From NCBI GenBank assembly GCA_030432255.1, contig JAUIHS010000023.1, positions 3,224 to 67,223 of the forward strand: 64,000 bases of DNA, written 5' to 3'. Of this stretch, positions 39,057 to 46,050 are shown in pieces (position 1 is the stretch's first letter; every line of letters starts with the position of its first letter). Made by a program: the position numbers and the translations under genes. Under the pieces are notes generated by a model. It was not told the DNA's origin. It ran no database searches and saw nothing but the letters and a program-made list of their open reading frames with translations. This DNA is from Phycisphaerae bacterium (GTDB lineage: Bacteria > Planctomycetota > Phycisphaerae > Phycisphaerales > UBA1924).

Positions 39057-40496
39057 GTGCGCCAGATTCTGCCCACCCTGTTGCTGGTCGTCGCCGCGAG
39101 TTCGCTGCACGCGGACGAGTTGCTGTGGTCTGACGAGTTCGACGGTACCAGCCTGGATACTTCCAAGTGGGAAGCGATGCTGGGAGACGGGAGCTTCTAC
39201 GGGATTCCCGGCTGGGGCAACAATGAGTTGCAGTACTACCAGTCGGATTCGGACAACCTCTTTGTCTCCGGTGGGTTGTTGCACATTGTGGCCCGCCAGC
39301 AGTCGGCAGGTGGCTACAACTACACCTCCGCCCGCATCCGGACGCGGAACAAGGCCGACTTCCTTTACGGTCGGCTCGAAGCACGGATCCAGATCCCGTC
39401 CGGGCAGGGTCTGTGGCCAGCCTTCTGGATGCTCCCGACCAACAGCCCCTACGGTGGCTGGGCCGCCGGCGGTGAGATCGACATCATGGAGTCGGTGAAC
39501 ACCGCGACCAGCGCCCATGGCACCATTCACTTCGGTGACAACTGGCCGGGCAACGTCAGCAACGGGGGCAGCCTGTATCCCGGCGGCGTGATCACCGGCT
39601 TCCATGTCTATGCGATCGAGTGGGATCCGCTCCAGATCCGCTGGTACTTCGATGGCCAGCTTTTTCACACGGTCAACGCGAACCAGTGGTTCAGCACCGG
39701 TGCCTCCGGTGATACCGAAGCGCCCTTTGATGTGCCCTTCCATTTCCTCCTGAACGTCGCGGTCGGCGGCAACTGGCCGGGACCGCCCAATGGATCCACC
39801 CCCTTCCCCGCCGAGATGCTCGTTGACTGGGTGCGGGTCTATGTCGATGAACTGCAGGCGCCTTACGGCGGGTCGGCAACCATCCTGCCGGGGACAGTGG
39901 AGGCCGAGGACTTCGATCTCGGAGGTGCCGGTCAGGCCTTCTGGGATGCGGATGCCAGCAACAACGGCAACCAGTACCGGACGGACCAGGGTGTCGACAT
40001 CGAGGCGTGCTCCGAGGGCGGCTTCAATGTCGGTTGGATCCGGGAAGGCGAATGGCTCGAGTACACAGTGACCGGTCAGGTGGGTGAGTACAACGTGGTC
40101 GCGCGGGTGGCCTCCGAGTCCGCCGGCGGAACGTTCCGGATCGAAGTCGATGGCGTCGATGCCACCGGCCCGATCACGGTTCCCGTGACCGGGGGCTGGC
40201 AGACCTGGACCGATGTCAGCGCGACGCTCGAACTGCCCTCCGCCGGAACCCATGTCCTCCGCTTCGTGAACACCACGCCGCTCGGTGAGTACAACTTCAA
40301 CAGGCTCGATTTCACCTTTGTCCCGCCGTTCATGGGCGATGCCAACGGTGATGGTCAGGTCGACTTCCTCGACCTCAACCTGGTCCTGACCTTCTGGGGG
40401 ACAAACGACCCCCGCGCCGACCTCAACGGGAACGGCCTGGTCGAGTTCGATGACCTGAACATCGTTCTCGGAAACTGGGGCGCGGTCGACAACTGA
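39057..40496 (+). CDS. Secreted GH16 beta-1,3(-1,4)-glucanase (laminarinase-type) with CBM6-like module and C-terminal dockerin-like module
   Basis: Track ORF 38961..40496. GTG 39057 has GAGGAGA upstream and gives VRQILPTLLLVVAASSLHA. Motifs: LLWSDEFDG, GWGNNELQYY, LWPAFWMLP, and the GEIDIMES catalytic E-x-D-x-x-E. A CBM6-like segment follows (VEAEDFDLGG...QYRTDQGVDIE...GWIREGEWLEYTV...GTFRIEVDG). The protein ends GDANGDGQVDFLDLNLVLTFWG...LNGNGLVEFDDLNIVLGNWGAVDN, which lacks the bracketing Cys residues. Confidence 0.9.
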   Translation: MRQILPTLLLVVAASSLHADELLWSDEFDGTSLDTSKWEAMLGDGSFYGIPGWGNNELQYYQSDSDNLFVSGGLLHIVARQQSAGGYNYTSARIRTRNKADFLYGRLEARIQIPSGQGLWPAFWMLPTNSPYGGWAAGGEIDIMESVNTATSAHGTIHFGDNWPGNVSNGGSLYPGGVITGFHVYAIEWDPLQIRWYFDGQLFHTVNANQWFSTGASGDTEAPFDVPFHFLLNVAVGGNWPGPPNGSTPFPAEMLVDWVRVYVDELQAPYGGSATILPGTVEAEDFDLGGAGQAFWDADASNNGNQYRTDQGVDIEACSEGGFNVGWIREGEWLEYTVTGQVGEYNVVARVASESAGGTFRIEVDGVDATGPITVPVTGGWQTWTDVSATLELPSAGTHVLRFVNTTPLGEYNFNRLDFTFVPPFMGDANGDGQVDFLDLNLVLTFWGTNDPRADLNGNGLVEFDDLNIVLGNWGAVDN

Positions 40497-40647
40497 GCAA
40501 CCGGCACCGATCCAGCCTTCTTCGGCAAAAGCCTCGCATTGCGCGCTTCCCGCTGCCAGAATGGGTCCGGAGGCTCGCGGTCCGGACGTCCGCTGTGGGT
40601 GGCCTCCCATTCTCTGACTGGTCGGGGGTCGGAAGCGAAGGGAGCTC

Positions 40648-41460
40648 ATGATGATGCATCGCGCAATCAGTGCGGCGGCGAGCGTGTTGATCTGTGCCGC
40701 GGCACAGGGACAGTCATTCAACCTGGACCTCGGCCTGGACAGCGGTGTCCCCTCGAACGCATATGGGGCGGTCGGATTTCCCGGCTTCTGGAACAGCTTT
40801 GGCCCGGAAGTCGCTCCCCCCGGTGGTGTCTTCAACGGCCCGCTCATGGACATTGCAGGCGCACCGACCAGCGCCACGGTGCGGCAGATCGGCGCGAACT
40901 CGGTGCAGGCCGCTGACGACGCGGCGACCACCGGCGACGCGGAAGCCCTGATGGACGACTACGCGCAGGCGACCAACAGTCCGCTGGACCAGTGCTATTT
41001 CTTCTCGGGAATTCAGAACGGGACCTACGAGGTTCTGACCTACGGCTGGACGCCCAATCATCCGGAGCGTTTGTCGCGCCTTCGGGTGGACCCGCCGGCG
41101 ATCGGTGGTCCGCTGGATGTCGGTGGCGCGTGGACCGGGCAGCATGTCGAGGGCGTGACGTACGCCAGGCATCGCATCACGGTGAGCAACGGTCAGATCA
41201 ACCTGCATTCGGGCCTGTTCGGCGGCAATGTGCTCTCTTCCATGAACGGGATCCAGATCGTCCGTCTCCCTGATCCAGCGTGTGCGGGCGACATCAATGG
41301 CGATGGCGCCGTCAACTTCGACGATCTCAACATATTGCTGGTTCACTGGGACAAGCCGGATGGTGCGACGTTCAGCCAGGGTGACATCGATGGCAGCAAT
41401 ACCGTCGACTTCGATGACCTCAACACATTGCTGACGACCTGGGCGGCGACCTGCTCCTGA
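40648..41460 (+). CDS. Secreted protein of unknown function with C-terminal dockerin-like module
   Basis: 270 aa. Signal peptide MMMHRAISAAASVLICAAAQGQS. The core is unrecognised. The protein ends CAGDINGDGAVNFDDLNILLVHW...GDIDGSNTVDFDDLNTLLTTWAATCS. Confidence 0.7.
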   Translation: MMMHRAISAAASVLICAAAQGQSFNLDLGLDSGVPSNAYGAVGFPGFWNSFGPEVAPPGGVFNGPLMDIAGAPTSATVRQIGANSVQAADDAATTGDAEALMDDYAQATNSPLDQCYFFSGIQNGTYEVLTYGWTPNHPERLSRLRVDPPAIGGPLDVGGAWTGQHVEGVTYARHRITVSNGQINLHSGLFGGNVLSSMNGIQIVRLPDPACAGDINGDGAVNFDDLNILLVHWDKPDGATFSQGDIDGSNTVDFDDLNTLLTTWAATCS

Positions 41461-41502
41461 GAGACCCCGACGCGTCACCCGCTTCACGCGTACAATCCCG
41501 AC

Positions 41503-42222
41503 ATGAACATTCAATCCAACACCGTGCTGGCATTGCTCGCCGCGGCGGGCATGTGTCTGGGTCTCGCCGGTTGCTCTGATGACGGGTTCGACGACGGCAA
41601 TCGTCCCACCGGGAGTGATTCGGCAGATGCCGGGACCGAGACCGGTTCCGACGCCGGCGATCATTCCCATGACGATCACGATCACGCTGATCACGATCAC
41701 GACCATGATCATGCTGAGGAGGAGGAGCCAGCGGCGAAGGAACCGCAGGGCCTTCCGGTCAATATCGGCAACGCGGTCTACTCCGTGGGCGGAGTGATGA
41801 TGACGCTGCCGCCGGCGTGGGAGAGTGTTCCGGTCACATCCACTCTGAAGCAGGCTCGCCGTCAGTACGTGATCCCGGGTGATGGCGGTCAGGGTGCGGC
41901 GACGGTGTACGTCGGCTCGATGGGGCCGAAGGAAATGAACATCGAGCGTTGGGTCAAGCAGATCGTGACGCCGGATGGAGAGGTTGAACGGCGCGAGCAC
42001 CATGGTCCCATGTGTTCAGTCGTCGAGGTGGTTGGTCACGGGGAGGTGATGGCGACCATGGGAGCGGCGCCCGAGGCGGACTACACGCTGATGGCACTGC
42101 TCATCGAGGGAGGCCATGAAGGGGACATGTACATCAAGGCCGTCGGGCCCACCGAGACCATGAAGCAGTATGAGGACAACTGGCAGCAGTTGGTCGACTC
42201 CATTGTGAGATCGAAGCTCTGA
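41503..42222 (+). CDS. Lipoprotein with His/Asp-rich low-complexity tract, function unknown
   Basis: 239 aa. The lipobox is LGLAGCSDD. The tract reads GDHSHDDHDHADHDHDHDHAEEEE, and the remainder looks globular. Confidence 0.7.
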   Translation: MNIQSNTVLALLAAAGMCLGLAGCSDDGFDDGNRPTGSDSADAGTETGSDAGDHSHDDHDHADHDHDHDHAEEEEPAAKEPQGLPVNIGNAVYSVGGVMMTLPPAWESVPVTSTLKQARRQYVIPGDGGQGAATVYVGSMGPKEMNIERWVKQIVTPDGEVERREHHGPMCSVVEVVGHGEVMATMGAAPEADYTLMALLIEGGHEGDMYIKAVGPTETMKQYEDNWQQLVDSIVRSKL

Positions 42223-42244
42223 TGGTTGTCGAAAGCGCCCGCCC

Positions 42245-43051
42245 GTGAACCGGTTTGATCTTTATGAGATGGCGGTGCAGTCGCCGCGTCTGGAGGCGAT
42301 GTTCCTTCACGCGGTGCACGGTGGTTCTCCGCTCGTGCTCGGCGAGGACTTCTGCGGCGGCGCCGGCCTGGCTCGCGCGTGGGTGCGTTACCTGGAAGGC
42401 GGGCGTGCGGTCTGCGTTGATGCAGATCCGGAACCGCTCGCGCACGCACAACTGCGAGCGCGTGAGGAAGTCGGTGACGACGTGGATCTCTCATTCTCAT
42501 GGGAGACGATCGATGTGCGCGCATGCACCACGCCGGTCGATGTGATCGCCGCCTTCAACTTCGCTGCGTGCGAACTCCATGAGCGCGAGGATCTCCTGGC
42601 ATGGATCCGTGCAGCGCATGCGCGGCTGCAACCGTCACAGGGCATCCTCGCGTTGGACGTCTATGGCGGGCCGGGTTCGCTGGTCACGGGTGAGGGGCGG
42701 ATGGAGATCGAGGATCCGGAGGATCCCGCAGCGGGCGTCTTCACGTACTGCTGGGTGCAGCAGTCGATCAACCCGCTGACCGCGCGAGTGCGGAACCGCA
42801 TCGACTTCATCCTCCCTGACGGATCGCACCTTGAAGGCGCGTTCGCCTACAACTGGCGGCTCTGGACGGTCGCGGAACTTCGCGACGCCATGATGGAAGC
42901 GGGGTTCACCTCCACCGAGGTGTACACGAACTACGGTGATGCGATGGACGGCGATGGCAACCTGCTGGTCCGTGAAGCGGATCCCGAGGAACTGGCTGAC
43001 GAGGAAGACTGGGTTGCCTACGTTGTCGGGCGCACCGCTCCGACAGGTTGA
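42245..43051 (+). CDS. Probable class I SAM-dependent methyltransferase
   Basis: 268 aa. VLGEDFCGGAGLARAW resembles methyltransferase motif I, followed by an acidic residue (VCVDAD) and motif-II-like DVIAAFNF. The assignment rests on motifs only. Confidence 0.55.
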   Translation: MNRFDLYEMAVQSPRLEAMFLHAVHGGSPLVLGEDFCGGAGLARAWVRYLEGGRAVCVDADPEPLAHAQLRAREEVGDDVDLSFSWETIDVRACTTPVDVIAAFNFAACELHEREDLLAWIRAAHARLQPSQGILALDVYGGPGSLVTGEGRMEIEDPEDPAAGVFTYCWVQQSINPLTARVRNRIDFILPDGSHLEGAFAYNWRLWTVAELRDAMMEAGFTSTEVYTNYGDAMDGDGNLLVREADPEELADEEDWVAYVVGRTAPTG

Positions 43052-43137
43052 TTTTCATTGACCCGCGCGGCCACCGACCTTTAGCATGGAAACGTTCAGA
43101 TCGTCCATGGTCAGGGTGGGTGGAGAAGTGGGTGCCG

Positions 43138-43974
43138 ATGAAGATCGTGCTGTCACCACGGGAGTTGTCCGAGGCGCTGGGGGTCAGTGAATCGTCAGTC
43201 AAGCGATGGGTGGACCGGGGAGTCATCGCGGCGTCGCGCACCGCGGGAGGGCATCGCCGCATCACGATCGAGGAAGCGATTCGTTTCGTCAGGGAGACGG
43301 ATCGGGAAGTTGCCATTCCGGAAGCGCTCGGCCTGGAGGCGGGAGCGGATTCGTGGGATGCGGCATTTCAAGAGGCGCTGGATCGGGGTGATGCACACGA
43401 AGCGCGCGGGCTGATCTGGTCCATGCATGTGCAGGGGATGTCGGTCGCGGAGATCTGCGATGGACCAGTCCGAACGGCGATGGAGGCGATCGCGGAGGGT
43501 TGGCGCCGCCGAAGTGACGCTGTCTTCCGGGAGCATCTTGCAACGGACATTTGCGTGCAGGCGATCAGCCAGTTGCGAACACTGTCATCCCGCGGCGGTC
43601 GTGGCCCGGTCGCGGTGGGGGGCGCCCCGGCGGGTGATCCGTACATCCTGCCTTCGATGATGGTCGCGGCGGTGCTGGACTCGGTGGGTTTCTCGGCATG
43701 GAACCTCGGGCCGGACACTCCTGAACGGACGTTGGAGAACTCGGTCGATGTGATCGGCCGCGAGCCCGCGCTGGTCTGGCTCAGTGTGTCTGCGACTGAT
43801 CTCTCGCGTGCGGAGGTGGAAGGCGCGCGCCGACTTGCGGCGTCCCTGGCGGACACCGAGACCACGATGGTGGTGGGTGGACGAGCACGTCAACTGCTCG
43901 ATCCACTTCCGGAGAGCGTGATGCAGGTCGATTCGATGGAAGCACTGGTCGCGGAATTGGGTGCTCTGGAGTGA
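43138..43974 (+). CDS. HTH (excisionase/MerR-like) regulator fused to a B12-binding-type sensor domain (CarH/LitR-like)
   Basis: Track ORF 43048..43974, trimmed to ATG 43138. The HTH reads LSPRELSEALGVSESSVKRWVDRGVIAASRTAGGHRRITIEEAIRFV. A four-helix-bundle segment reads PVRTAMEAIAEGWRRRSDAVFREHLATD (W-x9-E-H). A Rossmann-like segment reads VAVGGAPAGDPYILPSMMVAAVLDSVGFSAWNLGPDTP...ALVWLSVSAT. Confidence 0.7.
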   Translation: MKIVLSPRELSEALGVSESSVKRWVDRGVIAASRTAGGHRRITIEEAIRFVRETDREVAIPEALGLEAGADSWDAAFQEALDRGDAHEARGLIWSMHVQGMSVAEICDGPVRTAMEAIAEGWRRRSDAVFREHLATDICVQAISQLRTLSSRGGRGPVAVGGAPAGDPYILPSMMVAAVLDSVGFSAWNLGPDTPERTLENSVDVIGREPALVWLSVSATDLSRAEVEGARRLAASLADTETTMVVGGRARQLLDPLPESVMQVDSMEALVAELGALE

Positions 43975-43983
43975 CAGGTGCTT

Positions 43984-44053
43984 GGGGCGGGGAGCGAGGA
44001 GCGAGGAGCGAGGAGCGAGGAGCGGGGGGCGGGGAGCGGGGAGCGGGGCAAGG
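43984..44053 (+). repeat. Tandem heptamer repeat (GGRGCGR)x10, G-rich
   Basis: The sequence reads ggggcgg, then ggagcga four times, ggagcgg, ggggcgg, ggagcgg twice, then ggcaagg. It fills most of the 95-bp gap between convergent genes ending at 43974 and 44070. Confidence 0.9.
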
Positions 44054-44069
44054 GCTTGAAGCGTTCCAG

Positions 44070-44984
44070 TCAGAACCTGATGACTCCGCCGATACCGATG
44101 AATGGTGCTGCGTCGTAGTCTTCGTCGAAGACCTCGCGTCCATGCTCGTTGTCGATCTCGAGTGAGCCACCGAACGCGGCGCCGCCGAAGAGGAAGACGG
44201 ATGAGCGGCGGCCGAAGGTGTAGGAGAGGCGAGCATAGAGCGGTACGGCCTGTTCCTCTCCGACGCCGTCCGGTGCGATGTCCTCATCATCGAGGCGAAA
44301 GCGGATACTGCGCCAGCGCACTCCGGCACCCAGTTGCCATGACTCGTTCAGGCGCCAGCCAAGGTCGACGCCCGGCCCCAGCGCGGCCGCGATGTCGACC
44401 TGTCCGGCCCGGAGCATGAGGTCTTCATCGATCTGCCAGTACAACTGGACGAGCGGCAGGATCCGGGGGTCGTCTTCCAGCCGGGTGCGGACCATGGCTC
44501 CGACGCCGAGTGTGAGGGATGAGTTGAATCGGTAGCTCAGGCCGAGTCCGCCGCCGCCGGTGAAGGCATCTCCCTCATCAGCCCCTTGTTCAGCGGCGAT
44601 GCTGATGTTCCCCAGCGCGATCAGCCCCCAGTGCTCATCGAGTTGCTGGTTGAGGAGGAGTGAGGCGCTGAATTCGTTGACGCCGTCCCACGGGTCACCG
44701 CCGAACCGGCCGGTGTCGGAGAACTCGAAGCTGTACCGATCGTAGTTGAGCGACGCCGTGAGGACGGTCTTCGCGCTGGCCTGGATCCGCGAGCTCACGC
44801 CTCCCTTGTAGTGAGAGAGGGAGAAGGCCCCGCCGTCATCGATATCCGACTCGAACTGATGCAGCGCGCCGGCACGGACGGTCCACGTGATGTCCGGGCC
44901 GGAGGGCTGGTCATCCGTTTCAGCGGGCTGGGCCGAGACAAAGGTGACGGGGGCAAACATGAGCAGCGGTAGGAATCGGAACAT
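44070..44984 (-). CDS. Outer-membrane beta-barrel protein (family not assigned)
   Basis: Track ORF 44070..45119. ATG 44984 has GGAGA upstream and gives MFRFLPLLMFAPVTFVSAQP. The sequence has alternating amphipathic strands and a C-terminal ...IGIGGVIRF ending in Phe, as in OM barrels. Confidence 0.7.
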   Translation of the reverse strand: MFRFLPLLMFAPVTFVSAQPAETDDQPSGPDITWTVRAGALHQFESDIDDGGAFSLSHYKGGVSSRIQASAKTVLTASLNYDRYSFEFSDTGRFGGDPWDGVNEFSASLLLNQQLDEHWGLIALGNISIAAEQGADEGDAFTGGGGLGLSYRFNSSLTLGVGAMVRTRLEDDPRILPLVQLYWQIDEDLMLRAGQVDIAAALGPGVDLGWRLNESWQLGAGVRWRSIRFRLDDEDIAPDGVGEEQAVPLYARLSYTFGRRSSVFLFGGAAFGGSLEIDNEHGREVFDEDYDAAPFIGIGGVIRF

Positions 44985-45036
44985 GGGGGTCTCCTTGTGC
45001 GGACAGCATAGGACCAAGCGGCGGGTCGGGGGGGAC

Positions 45037-45390
45037 CTACCCCGTGAGCATGTCGAGCGGGAACGGGGGGTGGACGAGCGGTCGCAATGCGAGTTGGAGG
45101 AGCGCGAGCTCGCTGTCATCGCCGGCGATGCGGTTGGTTCTCAGGGTGCCGCATCCGTTGCAGCGATGGATGATCGCCCACTCTCCGTCACGACGGACCT
45201 CGATCCCGACCGGGGTCATGGGAGATCGACAGGGGCACCGGCGGTCGCCCGGTTCGTCGTCAACATGGCGGGACCAGAGGCAGGCAGGGCAGTGGTTGCG
45301 GTGGCGGGTGCCCCATGACTCGCCGCCGATGGAACGGCGGCACTGGATGCACGTGAAGCCGCGTGTGTCGCGGCGGGACTTTCTGGACAT
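45037..45390 (-). CDS. RNHCP-domain zinc-ribbon protein
   Basis: 117 aa. The FTCIQCRRSI...RHRNHCPACLWSRHVDD...CPC...IHRCNGCG pattern matches the RNHCP family signature. Confidence 0.8.
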   Translation of the reverse strand: MSRKSRRDTRGFTCIQCRRSIGGESWGTRHRNHCPACLWSRHVDDEPGDRRCPCRSPMTPVGIEVRRDGEWAIIHRCNGCGTLRTNRIAGDDSELALLQLALRPLVHPPFPLDMLTG

Positions 45391-45719
45391 GTGTGATGAA
45401 TCCGAATGGCAAGGCTGGCCGCGGGTTGGCGGCGATCTGTCATCCGATGATCGAGTGACAGCGAACCGGCGCGGCGTCTCGGACAGGACACGAAGCGCAC
45501 GGCGAGCGCGGGAGCCGGATCCGGCTGAGCGCTGCTGTCGTGATCAGGAAACAGAGGGTGCCATCAGGCCGCAGGATACCAGAGTCGCGCGCGAGTGCAA
45601 TGCTGAAACTGCTGCGAAAATCCTTCACTGAGTCTTCACCAAGAGCGAGCGCAAAGGTGACCCGGTGGGGAATGCAGAGGGCTAGATTTCGCACCTTCCT
45701 CACGGCTACGGAGACACCC

Positions 45720-46016
45720 ATGCCCAGGACACCGCGGAACGGGTTCACGCTCGTGGAACTGCTCATGGTCATTGCGATCATCGGTGTGCTCATCGGCCTG
45801 CTCCTGCCGGCACTCGGCAAGTCGCGAGAGACCGCCCAGGACATCCGGTGCAAGAGCAATCTCCGACAGATCGGGATCGCAGCGACCACGCATTCGGCGG
45901 ACAGCGAAGGCCTGTACTGCACGGGTCCCTTTGACAACCGCTCGGACAAGAACTGGGGCGCGATCGACAAGAAGGGCTGGGTGGCCGACACGTGCTGGGC
46001 GAATACTGCGAAATGA
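45720..46016 (+). CDS. Short type II/IV pseudopilin-like protein (prepilin N-terminal methylation motif, DUF1559-like N-terminus)
   Basis: Track ORF 45540..46016. ATG 45720 has GGAGA 5 nt upstream. [32 protein letters not shown] is a prepilin cleavage/methylation site plus hydrophobic helix. The protein is only 98 aa. Confidence 0.7.
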   Translation: MPRTPRNGFTLVELLMVIAIIGVLIGLLLPALGKSRETAQDIRCKSNLRQIGIAATTHSADSEGLYCTGPFDNRSDKNWGAIDKKGWVADTCWANTAK

Positions 46017-46050
46017 GGGCAGTGCCCGACCGTCTGCTATGCTCAGAGGC

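Noticed and set aside
43984-44053. Whether the heptamer repeats here (and at 59365 and 59514) form a CRISPR array.
   Set aside because: The unit length is 7 nt with no spacers, and there are no cas genes. This is a simple tandem microsatellite.
45772-46050. A TTG-initiated extension of the YgfK-like ORF.
   Set aside because: The extension lies in an alternative frame of the pseudopilin gene and is Arg/Ser/Thr-rich junk. Homology-like sequence starts at MAELVPMPISGL (46051).
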